Of a DNA stretch of 64,000 nt, positions 8,473 through 17,394 are shown piece after piece. Position 1 is the first letter of the stretch. The number at the start of each line of letters is the position of its first letter. The position numbers were made by a program, and so were the translations under genes. The DNA comes from Myxococcota bacterium (GTDB lineage: Bacteria > Myxococcota_A > UBA9160 > JAFDET01). The notes beneath the pieces were generated by a model that saw nothing but the letters and a program-made list of their open reading frames with translations, searched no databases and was not told the origin of the DNA. Location of the stretch: NCBI GenBank assembly GCA_028278065.1, contig JANQFA010000038.1, positions 2,497-66,496 of the forward strand, in the 5' to 3' direction.

Positions 8473-9783
8473 CTACTCCTTGGGGAACGCCCAGATCCGA
8501 GGCGCGAGCGGCTCGAGCAGGCGGCCGGGCTCTCCCGGCTGCCGGCCGTAGCGGATCAGCTGGATGAGATCGGCGCTCACCTGGGGGTCGCTCACGAAGT
8601 AGGCGTGGCCGAACCAGTCCGTACGCCGACGCTCGATGACCACGTCGAGCTTGGCCCACCCCTCGAGCTTCTTGCGCCGCACGGGATCCATGTCCTCGAA
8701 GGAGATCTGGCCGACCCGCCGCCGGCTGCGGAAGAGGATCTGCGAAACGCGCAGGGCGCGGTCGCCGGGCGACCCGTAGATCGTGAAGCGCCCGCGCAGC
8801 GCCGCCGGCAGGTTGTCCGACTGCCAGTGGGTCAGCATGTCCGGATCGGAGACGAAGATCTCGAGCTTCTGCATGGCCACGTCGCCGTCGATGTCCGGCG
8901 CCATGAGGACGAGGTTGATCAGCTTGTACTGGTCCACGGGAGCGACCCCGTGCGCCACCGCTTCGATCACCAGCTCCCGGATGGCGCTCAGGAGCAGAGC
9001 CGAGCCGCGGCTGTGGGCGAGCAGGTGGATGCCCTCGACCCCGGGCGTGTCCGCGATCAGGCGGATCGTCTTGCGCAGGTGAGGCACGGAGAACTCCGCG
9101 GACTCCGTGGTGGTGGTGTACGAAGTCAGGAAGTTCCCGCTCGCCGATGCCGGCCAGGTGAAGAAGGCGCACACGTGCTCGCGTCCCAGGAAGTGGCACA
9201 GCTCCGCGGCGGTGAACGCGGCGCTCTCGAACGTCTCGTTGAAGCCGTGTACGTAGAGGACGACCTCCTTCTTCGGCGATCGAGCGAGCCGCCCTTCGAG
9301 CTCCTCGTGGAGCTGCCTCCTCGTCTCCCGGTGCTCCCGCACCACCAGCGGGTCGCGGATCAGACCGGACGGGCGCCACTTGAACGGATACGGCTCCTCC
9401 GGGAAGCGCCCCATCTCGCGCACCGCACCCAGCTCCATGTTCACGTCGCGAGTGCGCTCGGCGAGCCGGCTCTCCGACGCCAGGGTCTCCCAGTCCAGAT
9501 CGGGGACCAGCTCGACGCGTGCGGATCCGAACGCGAGCGAGTTGGATCGCTCCTGGCCGTATGGAAGAGGCGCCTCGGCGGCGGTCTCCGCACCCCGGTC
9601 GGTGACGAAGAAGAGGTCCACTCCGGTCGTTCGCCGCTCTGGTGACGTCTTCTCGAAGATCGCGGGCCCGTCCGGCGCTGTGTAGAGCGCGGGCGTCGGC
9701 ATCAGCGGCCGGGGGCTCGCGCAGGCGAGTGCCAGCAAGGCGGCCGTCGCCACGACGATGTATCCGGATCCAGCTCTTCTCAT
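8473..9783 (-). CDS. Alpha/beta hydrolase (DUF900-like), probable lipoprotein
   Basis: Start at ATG 9781-9783 (MRRAGSGYIVVATAALLALAC/ASP, a lipobox-like signal), giving 436 aa. Contains the nucleophile elbow LLAHSRGS and the VVLYVHGFNETF block. Confidence 0.75.
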   Translation of the reverse strand: MRRAGSGYIVVATAALLALACASPRPLMPTPALYTAPDGPAIFEKTSPERRTTGVDLFFVTDRGAETAAEAPLPYGQERSNSLAFGSARVELVPDLDWETLASESRLAERTRDVNMELGAVREMGRFPEEPYPFKWRPSGLIRDPLVVREHRETRRQLHEELEGRLARSPKKEVVLYVHGFNETFESAAFTAAELCHFLGREHVCAFFTWPASASGNFLTSYTTTTESAEFSVPHLRKTIRLIADTPGVEGIHLLAHSRGSALLLSAIRELVIEAVAHGVAPVDQYKLINLVLMAPDIDGDVAMQKLEIFVSDPDMLTHWQSDNLPAALRGRFTIYGSPGDRALRVSQILFRSRRRVGQISFEDMDPVRRKKLEGWAKLDVVIERRRTDWFGHAYFVSDPQVSADLIQLIRYGRQPGEPGRLLEPLAPRIWAFPKE

Positions 9784-10054
9784 GGTCCCTCCACGGGCGA
9801 TGCGTCGCAAATCGGGGGCGCCTTGCCAAGCCCGGCTGCCGCGGCCCCGAGCCGGGCACCCGGCGTCGCCGTTTCTGGATAGCAGGGTCGCCCGGGGAAC
9901 CCATGCTGCAGGCCGAAAGGGAGCGTCTTGAGGGGAAGAGCGAGCAGAGCCGTCCGGACCCTGGCAGCAGCCGGGGTGCTGTCCGCCGCGCCGATCGGGC
10001 TGCCGGAGCCTTCGGTCCGACTCGGCCAGCTCGGCGAGAACAACGGAGACGGCG

Positions 10055-10582
10055 TCAATCCGTGGCGGCGGCTCCCGCGTCGCCCTCCTCTCTCCAGCCG
10101 AAGAAGATCTCCAGGAACGGGGCACGCCCGATCGTGCCGATCAGGGCCCGGACGAAGGTGTAGATGGCCATGAACAGGCCCAGGATCACGAACGTCGCGT
10201 AGAAGCGGTCCCAGTGAATCTCGTCGAGCAGCTTCCCCAAGGCGGGCGCGAGACCATCGTGCTTCGAAACGAGTGGGATCAGCTCTTCGAGCCCCAGGAA
10301 GAGAACGACGATCGCGAGGTAGAGGAACGTCCTCCACGCCACGTTGCAGACCAGCGGCCGCTCGCGGAAGAGCCGAAAGAGCGGCGACGCATCGGCGAGG
10401 AGAACCGACTTCCCGACGATGAGCGCCCCGATGAGGGCGGCGCGAGGGCTCGTGAGATAGAAGCCCTCGGCGTCCATCAGCCTTCGCGCGAAGATCGCGA
10501 TGTGGAACACCAGGAGAAAGAACAGCGTGGGTGGGAGCATCTCGAAGAACTCCTTCTTCAGGAACGCCAGGACTCTACTCAT
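10055..10582 (-). CDS. Hypothetical integral membrane protein (about 4 TM helices)
   Basis: Start at ATG 10580-10582 (MSRVLAFLKKEFFEMLPPTLFFLLVFHIAIF...), giving 175 aa. It has several hydrophobic helices, lies divergent from the MscS gene, and matches no family I recognise. Confidence 0.55.
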   Translation of the reverse strand: MSRVLAFLKKEFFEMLPPTLFFLLVFHIAIFARRLMDAEGFYLTSPRAALIGALIVGKSVLLADASPLFRLFRERPLVCNVAWRTFLYLAIVVLFLGLEELIPLVSKHDGLAPALGKLLDEIHWDRFYATFVILGLFMAIYTFVRALIGTIGRAPFLEIFFGWREEGDAGAAATD

Positions 10583-10809
10583 GGCCAGACCTCTCTGATG
10601 GACGAACCCGAGGGACCATACTCCAGCGCAGCTCGAGGCTCGCGCCCAGACCGGCAAGGGGCCGGGGTCCCCGTGCGGGCCTCGCTCGCTGCTGCGAGCC
10701 GCGGAGGCTGCCAGCGGCCGATTTCCGAGCGCGCCGTACGCGCGGCGGCGTAGGCTGTGTGCGCGGTGCGGCTCGCTGGGACGAGCCGCCCACGAAGACG
10801 GAGGAGTCC

Positions 10810-12603
10810 ATGCAGGCAATCATGCGACGGGTGGCCCTGGGCTTGGCGGTGCTCGCCCTGGTCGGGGCGGCGGGCGAGCAGCCGACGGTCAAGGAGCTGG
10901 TCGATCCCGAATCGGCGGAGACGGCCGCGGAGAAGCCGGAGCCCGAGAAGGCCCCGGCTCCAGGCCCCACCCCAGGGCCGGCCGACGAGTTCAACCGGGG
11001 CGTGCCGCGCACGAGCGTGGAGGGATTCCAGGAGGCGGCAGAGGCCGAGGACTGGGAACGGGCGGCCGAGTACCTGCACCTGCACGGGGTTCCCCGGGAT
11101 CTCAAGTCGCGAGGCGCCCCGCAGCTCGCTCGGGATCTGGCGACCGCCCTCAGCCGGGCCCTGTGGATCGATCCGCAGGCGCTGAGCAGCGACCCCCAGG
11201 GCCGCGACGAGGAGGGACTCCCCGCGTCTCGCGAGTTCCTGGGCCGCATCGAGACGCCCGAGGCCCAGGTGGACGTACTGCTCCAGCGGGTGCGCCGCGA
11301 GGACGGGGTGCTCGTCTGGAAGTACTCGAACGCCACCGTGGCACAGATTCCGCTGCTCAAGGCCCACTTCAGCTTCGGAGTGCTCGGCGAGCAGCTGCGG
11401 CAGGTCATCCCCGCGCGCCGTTTCCTGGGGCTCCCCCTCTGGGAGTGGACCGGCGTCCTGCTGTTGCTCTCTGCGGCAGTGCTCGCCGCCTGGCTGGGCG
11501 GTATCACCATACGAACCCTGGCGCGCGGCACCGGACACGCGGGGCTCGCTTCGTTGGAGGCCCGCTTCCGCGGTCCCTTGCGGCTGCTTCTCGTCGTGAT
11601 CGTCAGCCGGAGCGCCGCGGGGCTGCTGGGCCCCACCGTGGCCCTCCGAGCCCTGCTCGAGGCTCGGACCCTCCTGATCATCGCGGCGGCCTGGCTCGCG
11701 GTGCGGATCGGGGACGTCCTGATCGAGCGGGGAGCCGCCCGCCTTCGTCGCCGGGGCCAGCCGGCGGCCAATCTGCTCGGCCGACCTGCGCGCAACTTCG
11801 CCCGGGTCGTCATCGTGCTGCTCGCCGTCGTCTTCTGGCTCGACCTGCTGGGGGTTCGCGTCACCACCCTGGTCGCGGGCCTCGGCATCGGGGGCCTCGC
11901 CGTAGCCCTCGCGGCTCAGAGGCCGATCGAGGACCTGATCGGTGCGTTCACCATCTACTCCACGCAGGCGGCACGAGTCGGCGACTTCTGTCGATTCGGG
12001 GGCCACATGGGAACCGTCGAGGAGATCGGTCTGCGTACGACGCGGGTGCGAACCCTCGACGACTCCCTGCTCAGCGTCCCCAACGGGGAGTTCTCGAAGG
12101 CCCAGGTGGACAACCTCGGCATGCGCCGCAAGATCTGGTACCACCCTCGGGTCAAGCTGCGCTACGAGACGACCCCGGACCAGCTCCGCTGTATTCTCGT
12201 GGAGATCCGCAAGATCTTCTTCGCCCACCCGAAGGTGATCGCCGATCCGGCTCGGATCCGCTTCGTCGGCTTTGGCGAGTACTCGCTCGACCTCGACGTC
12301 TTCGCCTATCTCGATACGCGGGACTACGGCGAGTACCTGGAGATCGCGGAGGATCTGAACCTGCGGATCATGGTCGCCGTGCGGGAGGCGGGCTCGGCCT
12401 TCGCCTTCCCGTCCCAGGTCGCCTACCTGGAGCCGAGCGACGGGCTCGATGAGGAGCGGGCTCGGAACGCCGAGACGAGGGTGCAGGAATGGCGGGAGAA
12501 GGGCGAGCTCTACCTGCCGACTTTCCCGCACACGGTGGTCGAGGAGCTGCGCGGAACGGTCTCCTATCCGCCGGAGGGATCACCGGACGCGGCCCGGGCC
12601 TGA
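10810..12603 (+). CDS. Mechanosensitive ion channel (MscS family) with an N-terminal periplasmic domain
   Basis: ATG 10810 is preceded by GGAGGAG; 597 aa. A signal-like MQAIMRRVALGLAVLALVGAAG is followed by multiple TM helices and the MscS beta-domain (VGDFCRFGGHMGTVEEIGLRTTRVRTLDDSLLSVPNGEF). Confidence 0.88.
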   Translation: MQAIMRRVALGLAVLALVGAAGEQPTVKELVDPESAETAAEKPEPEKAPAPGPTPGPADEFNRGVPRTSVEGFQEAAEAEDWERAAEYLHLHGVPRDLKSRGAPQLARDLATALSRALWIDPQALSSDPQGRDEEGLPASREFLGRIETPEAQVDVLLQRVRREDGVLVWKYSNATVAQIPLLKAHFSFGVLGEQLRQVIPARRFLGLPLWEWTGVLLLLSAAVLAAWLGGITIRTLARGTGHAGLASLEARFRGPLRLLLVVIVSRSAAGLLGPTVALRALLEARTLLIIAAAWLAVRIGDVLIERGAARLRRRGQPAANLLGRPARNFARVVIVLLAVVFWLDLLGVRVTTLVAGLGIGGLAVALAAQRPIEDLIGAFTIYSTQAARVGDFCRFGGHMGTVEEIGLRTTRVRTLDDSLLSVPNGEFSKAQVDNLGMRRKIWYHPRVKLRYETTPDQLRCILVEIRKIFFAHPKVIADPARIRFVGFGEYSLDLDVFAYLDTRDYGEYLEIAEDLNLRIMVAVREAGSAFAFPSQVAYLEPSDGLDEERARNAETRVQEWREKGELYLPTFPHTVVEELRGTVSYPPEGSPDAARA

Positions 12604-12708
12604 CCGGGTCGCCTCCCGGGGCGGATTCCTCGGGGCAGGCCGTCGGCCACGAGCCGACGGCCGAGGCCACGCTACATTGGCCCGGCCCGAGTCCACGCGG
12701 AGGCGAAG

Positions 12709-13479
12709 CTGGCCGGACCGAAGCCCGACCCGGAGAGCGAACCGCTGCGCCCCCCGTTCCCCGGCGCCGTCGGCGTCTCGCACCTGCGCGTCTACGACAG
12801 CGAGGCGCCCGACGGCCTGCGCGGCGGCACGCCGCACGTGCACTCGGTCTGCACGGAGGCCTACATCGTCGTCTCCGGGCACGGCGCCGTGCAGACCCTG
12901 GGGCCCGGGGGATTCCGGGAAACGCCGCTCGAGCCCGGCAGCTTCGTCTGGTTCACGCCGGGCACGATCCACCGCCTCGTCAACGGCGACGGCGCCCTCG
13001 AGATCCTGGTCCTCATGCAGAACGCGGGGCTCCCCGAGGCCGGAGACATGGTGATCACGTTTCCGTCCCGGGTGCTGGCGGATCCCGCGACCTACGCCGA
13101 GTCGCACGCGCTGCCCGAGGGCGAGCAGACCACCCGCGGCAGCGGCGAAGCGGCGCGCAGGCGCCGCGACCTCGGGGTCGAGGGCTTCTCCGAGCTGCGC
13201 GCCGCCCTCGACCTCGACGGCCTGCCGGCGCTCGAGCGCTTCTACCGACGCGTCGGGGCGCTGCTGGCGCCGCGGGCGGAGCGCTGGGAGTCGATCTTCC
13301 AGGCCGGACCGCGCTCGGCCGTGGACTGCACCGCCCGTCAGCTCGAGGCGCTGCGCCGCGGCGACGCCTCCCATCTGCTCGACGCCACGCTCCACCGGCT
13401 GCCTCCGCCGCCCGAGGAGAGACGCATGGGCTGTTGCGGCACGCTCGGCGTCTACGTCAGCGGAGCCGATCCACGGTGA
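12709..13479 (+). CDS. Cupin-domain protein with a probable non-canonical CTG start
   Basis: The cupin motif GGTPHVHSVCTEAYIVVSGHG begins upstream of the first canonical start (GTG 12838, the track ORF). The frame is open back to 12604 with no ATG, GTG or TTG. In-frame CTG 12709 lies 5 nt after GGAGG (12699-12703). The 5' end is uncertain. Confidence 0.6.
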   Translation: MAGPKPDPESEPLRPPFPGAVGVSHLRVYDSEAPDGLRGGTPHVHSVCTEAYIVVSGHGAVQTLGPGGFRETPLEPGSFVWFTPGTIHRLVNGDGALEILVLMQNAGLPEAGDMVITFPSRVLADPATYAESHALPEGEQTTRGSGEAARRRRDLGVEGFSELRAALDLDGLPALERFYRRVGALLAPRAERWESIFQAGPRSAVDCTARQLEALRRGDASHLLDATLHRLPPPPEERRMGCCGTLGVYVSGADPR

Positions 13480-14507
13480 GCGAAGCTCCCATCCGCTTCG
13501 CGGCGATCGGCCTGAACCACGCGCACATCTACGGCCAGGTCGCGGCGCTCCTCGCGGGCGGCGCCGAGTTCGCGGGCTACTACTCCCGCGAGCCGAATCT
13601 GATGGAGGCCTTCGGCCGCGCGTTCGCGGCCGCGCCAGCCCTGGACGACGAGCGCGCCATCCTCGAGGACCCCTCGATCGGCATCGTGACCTCGGCGGGA
13701 ATTCCCAGCGAGCGCGCACCGCTCGGCGTCCGTGTCATGCAGCACGGCAAGGACTTCCTGGTGGACAAGCCCGGCATGACATCCCTCGACCAGCTGGCGG
13801 AGGTGCGGAGCGTTCAGCGGGAGACGGGTCGCATCTACTCGGTCTTCTTCTCCGAGAGGCTCGAGAGCCGCGCGACCGTGCGGGCCGCCGAGCTGGTACG
13901 CGACGGTGCCATCGGCGAGGTGGTGCAGATCATCGGACTGGGCCCCCATCGTGCCGGCCTCGCGGCGCGGCCGGCGTGGTTCTTCCAGCGCGAGCACTAC
14001 GGCGGGATCCTGTGCGACATCGCCTCCCATCAGGTGGACCAGTTCCTGTACTTCGCGGGCACGGAGACGGCCGAGGTGCTGGCGTCCACGGTCGCCAACT
14101 ACAAGCACCCGGAGCATCCGGGCCTCGAGGACTACGGCGAGATCCACCTGCGCGCCGGGAACACCCATGGACTCGCTCGCGTCGACTGGTACACACCCGA
14201 CGGGTTGTCCACCTGGGGAGACGGGCGCCTGTTCGTGCTGGGAACCGAGGGCTACGTCGAGGTTCGCAAGTACTGCGACCTGGGCGGGCGCACCGGATCC
14301 GACCACCTCTTCCTCGTGGACGCCAAGGAGATGCGACGCATCGACTGCGCCCAGGTGGAGCTGCCCTTCGCCCGCCTGTTCCTGGACGACGTGCGTGCGC
14401 GCACCGAGACGGCCATGTCCCAGAGCCACTGCTTCAGCGCCTGCGAGCTGGTGCTCACGGCACAGGCCCGGGCCGAACGCCGCGGCCACCTGGAGGGATC
14501 GGAGTGA
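13476..14507 (+). CDS. Gfo/Idh/MocA-family NAD(P)-dependent oxidoreductase
   Basis: GTG 13476 overlaps the cupin stop (GTGA); 343 aa. The N-terminal Rossmann IRFAAIGLNHAH and the KDFLVDKP block are typical of the family. Confidence 0.85.
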   Translation: MSEAPIRFAAIGLNHAHIYGQVAALLAGGAEFAGYYSREPNLMEAFGRAFAAAPALDDERAILEDPSIGIVTSAGIPSERAPLGVRVMQHGKDFLVDKPGMTSLDQLAEVRSVQRETGRIYSVFFSERLESRATVRAAELVRDGAIGEVVQIIGLGPHRAGLAARPAWFFQREHYGGILCDIASHQVDQFLYFAGTETAEVLASTVANYKHPEHPGLEDYGEIHLRAGNTHGLARVDWYTPDGLSTWGDGRLFVLGTEGYVEVRKYCDLGGRTGSDHLFLVDAKEMRRIDCAQVELPFARLFLDDVRARTETAMSQSHCFSACELVLTAQARAERRGHLEGSE

Positions 14508-15586
14508 GCGATCCGCTGCGCGTGGCGGTCGTGGGACTCGGCGTCGGATTCAGCCACCTGGCGGCGTACCGGGAGCTGCCGGAGCTGTACGAGCTGGCCG
14601 CGGTCTGCGATCCGCTGGAGCCGAAGCTCGACCTCGCGCGCGGCATCCTCGGCGTGCCGCGCAGCTTCACCTCCTTCGACGATCTGCTGGCCTGTGACGA
14701 CATCGACGTCGTGAACGTGTGCACGCCACCCGACCTCCATCTCCCCATGGTCACGGCGCTCCTCGAGCGGGACCTGCACGTCGTCTGCGAGAAGCCCCTC
14801 GCCGGCTCCCTGGCGGAGGTGGACGCGCTGGCGGCGTGCGAGAGGGAGAGCCGCGCACGCCTGATGCCCATCTTCCAGTACCGCTTCGGCCGCGGCATCG
14901 CGCGTCTGCGACGCCTGCTGGAGGCCGGCCTCGCGGGGAGGCCCTACGTGGCGAGCGTCGAGACCTGGTGGCGACGCGGGGCGGACTACTACGCCGTACC
15001 GTGGCGCGGCCGCTTCGACAGCGAGCTCGGGGGAATCTGCGTATCGCACGCGATCCACGCCCATGATCTGCTGCAGAGTCTGCTGGGGCCGATCGAACGC
15101 GTCTACGCGCGCGTGGCGACGCGCGTGAACGAGATCGAGACCGAGGACTGCGCGGCGGTGACCCTCGAGTTCGGAAGCGGAGCCCTGGCGACCCTCACCG
15201 CCACCCTGGGATCGGTCCGCGAGTCGTCACGGCTGCGCATTGCCTTCGAGCACTTCTCGGCCGAGAGCAGTCAGTCGCCGTACCAGCCCGGCTCGGAGCC
15301 CTGGACCCTGGAGCCGGCGACCGCGGAGGCAGCGGCGCGCATCGACGCGGCGCTCGACGACTTCGAGCCCGGCCCCGAGCTGTACGCGGGCCAGTTCGCG
15401 GCGTTCCACGCCGCGCTCGCCCGCGGCGACGCGCCGCCGGTCACCGTCGCCGACGCCCGCGCCGCCATCGAGCTGGTCACGGCGATCTACCACTCGTCGC
15501 GCACCGGCGAGGCGGTCGCGCTTCCCCTGGGCCCGGACCACCCCCTCTACGCCGGCTGGATCCCCGAGCGAGGCGCGGAAGGATGA
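14504..15586 (+). CDS. Gfo/Idh/MocA-family NAD(P)-dependent oxidoreductase (second paralogue)
   Basis: GTG 14504 overlaps the preceding stop (GTGA); 360 aa. Contains LRVAVVGLGVGFSH, VVNVCTPPDLH and HVVCEKPLA blocks. Confidence 0.85.
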   Translation: MSDPLRVAVVGLGVGFSHLAAYRELPELYELAAVCDPLEPKLDLARGILGVPRSFTSFDDLLACDDIDVVNVCTPPDLHLPMVTALLERDLHVVCEKPLAGSLAEVDALAACERESRARLMPIFQYRFGRGIARLRRLLEAGLAGRPYVASVETWWRRGADYYAVPWRGRFDSELGGICVSHAIHAHDLLQSLLGPIERVYARVATRVNEIETEDCAAVTLEFGSGALATLTATLGSVRESSRLRIAFEHFSAESSQSPYQPGSEPWTLEPATAEAAARIDAALDDFEPGPELYAGQFAAFHAALARGDAPPVTVADARAAIELVTAIYHSSRTGEAVALPLGPDHPLYAGWIPERGAEG

Positions 15587-15591
15587 CGGCG

Positions 15592-15930
15592 TCAACGCGC
15601 CGGGAGGCCCACATAGGACGACGAGTCGTAGAGCAGCTCGATCTCCCCCTCCTCCGGGGAGATCTGCTGGAAGAGCTCCTTGAACTCGACATCGATCGGG
15701 AGCTTCGAGCGCAGGAAGGAGTCAGCCGCGCGCGTGTCGTCCTCCACCTCCGCGACGACCACCAGGATCGGGAGATCGCGCATCCGGATCAGCAGGAAGA
15801 GCTCGTGGCGCGTCCCGTGCCGCGCGTAGCTCTCGCGCAGCTCGTCGCGGCGCGCGTGCAGGGACTGGAGCCAGGTGCGCAGCTGGGCGACCTCCGTGTC
15901 GCGGACCCGCGCGGCCATGAGCTGGAGCAT
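15592..15930 (-). CDS. Small hypothetical protein (112 aa)
   Basis: The ATG is preceded by GGAGG (reverse of cctcctcg). Third positions are G/C-rich. It is convergent with Gfo gene 2 and divergent from the MBL gene. It looks like a possible ferredoxin-like alpha/beta small domain, but I assign no family with confidence. Confidence 0.5.
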   Translation of the reverse strand: MLQLMAARVRDTEVAQLRTWLQSLHARRDELRESYARHGTRHELFLLIRMRDLPILVVVAEVEDDTRAADSFLRSKLPIDVEFKELFQQISPEEGEIELLYDSSSYVGLPAR

Positions 15931-16025
15931 GCGGCCTACCTCCTCGTGGAACGTCCGGGAAACACGCCCGTCCGCTGCATTCTGCCGCAGGGCCCTGGCG
16001 CGGGCGACGGGCGCAGGGCGGCCTC

Positions 16026-17381
16026 GTGAAGATCACCTTCATCGGCGCAGTCGGAACCGTCACCGGCTCGAAGTTCCTGGTCGAATCCGGCCGCACCCGC
16101 GTGCTCGTCGACTGCGGCCTCTTCCAGGGGCTCAAGCAGCTCCGGCGGCGCAACTGGCAGCCCCTTCCGGTCCGAGCCGGCGACATCGATGCCATCCTGC
16201 TGAGCCACGCGCACCTCGACCACAGCGGCTACCTGCCCGTCCTGGTCCGCGACGGCCTGCTCGGGCCCATCTACTGCACCCCGCCCACGAAGGCCCTCTG
16301 CCAGCTCCTGCTCCCCGACAGCGGGAGCATCCAGGAGGAGGACGCGCGCTACGCCACCCGCAAGAAGACCGCCTCGCACCACCCCGCCCTGCCCCTCTAC
16401 ACCGCGGACGACGCGCGCGCGACCCTGCCGCACATGGAGACCCGACGCTTCGACGAGCCACTCGAGATCGGCGACCTCTCGGTGCGCTTCGCCCCCGCTG
16501 GCCACATCCTGGGCGCCGCGTGCGTGGAGGTGCGCGACGAGCATGGGGCCGTGCTCTTCTCGGGCGACCTCGGCCGCAGCGACGACGTGCTGATGCAGCC
16601 CCCGCGAGCGCCCGGCGACGTCGACTGGATCGTGATGGAATCCACCTACGGGGACCGCAGCCACGGCGAGCGCGATCCGGTGGAGGCCATCGCGGAGATC
16701 GTCCGCCGCACGACGGAGCGCCGCGGCGTGGTCCTCATGCCCTCCTTCGCGGTGGGGCGGGCCCAGGCCCTTCTCTACTGCCTCCACAGCGCCTTCGAGC
16801 AGGGGCTGTGTCCGCGGATTCCCGTCTACGTGAACAGCCCGATGGCGACCAACGTGACCGACCTCTACCAGGACTTCCACGAGTATCACCGCCTGCGCGA
16901 CGACGAGTGCTCGCAAGTATGCGACGTCGCCGAGTTCGTGCGCAGCGTCGACGAGTCCCGGCGCCTGGCGGAGCGGCGAGGTCCCCTCGTGATCGTCTCC
17001 GCGAGCGGGATGGCCACCGGAGGACGGGTGCTACACCACCTCCGCGCCCTCGCGCCGGAGCCGGAGAACACCATCGTCCTGCCGGGCTTCCAGGCGGCGG
17101 GAACGCGCGGTGCCGACATCGCGGCGGGTGCGTCGTCGGTGAAGATCTACGGGCACTGGGTGCCGATTCGGGCGGAGGTGGTCCAGCTGGACCTGCTCTC
17201 GGCCCACGCCGATCGCGAGGATCTGCTCGGCTGGCTGCAGTCCGCAGCGCGGGCACCGCGGCGGGTCTTCCTGGTCCACGGCGAGCCGGTCGCAGCGGAC
17301 TCCCTGCGTCTCGCCGTGAAGGACCGCCTGGGCTACGAGCCCCACATCCCCGAGTACCTCGAATCGGTGGAGCTCGACTGA
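16026..17381 (+). CDS. MBL-fold beta-CASP metallo-hydrolase (RNA/nucleic-acid processing type)
   Basis: 451 aa with a GTG start. Contains HAHLDHSG (HxHxDH), later beta-CASP-style motifs and a C-terminal LSAHAD...VFLVHGE. Confidence 0.88.
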   Translation: MKITFIGAVGTVTGSKFLVESGRTRVLVDCGLFQGLKQLRRRNWQPLPVRAGDIDAILLSHAHLDHSGYLPVLVRDGLLGPIYCTPPTKALCQLLLPDSGSIQEEDARYATRKKTASHHPALPLYTADDARATLPHMETRRFDEPLEIGDLSVRFAPAGHILGAACVEVRDEHGAVLFSGDLGRSDDVLMQPPRAPGDVDWIVMESTYGDRSHGERDPVEAIAEIVRRTTERRGVVLMPSFAVGRAQALLYCLHSAFEQGLCPRIPVYVNSPMATNVTDLYQDFHEYHRLRDDECSQVCDVAEFVRSVDESRRLAERRGPLVIVSASGMATGGRVLHHLRALAPEPENTIVLPGFQAAGTRGADIAAGASSVKIYGHWVPIRAEVVQLDLLSAHADREDLLGWLQSAARAPRRVFLVHGEPVAADSLRLAVKDRLGYEPHIPEYLESVELD

Positions 17382-17394
17382 CGGACGGCAGCCC

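Noticed and set aside
8444-9904. N-terminal 487-aa extension of the 997-aa track ORF containing the PHP-like hydrolase.
   Set aside because: The extension overlaps the DUF900-like hydrolase gene in a different frame and is Arg/Pro/Gly-rich. The homology-bearing part starts at ATG 8443.
9784-10054. An unusually long (271-nt) non-coding gap, including a CCCGGCT...AGCCGGG hairpin (9831-9856), considered as a possible sRNA, riboswitch or leader.
   Set aside because: No recognisable riboswitch consensus, promoter/terminator pair or conserved structure could be established by eye. It is probably just the 5' UTR/promoter of the hydrolase gene plus the 3' end of the membrane-protein transcript.
12601-12603. 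The TGA of the MscS gene as a selenocysteine or programmed-readthrough codon fusing the channel to the downstream in-frame cupin.
   Set aside because: I could see no SECIS-like hairpin immediately downstream. The intervening 35 codons are an Arg/Pro-rich non-conserved stretch, and an SD+CTG candidate start exists at 12709. This is kept only as an alternative in the cupin-start finding.
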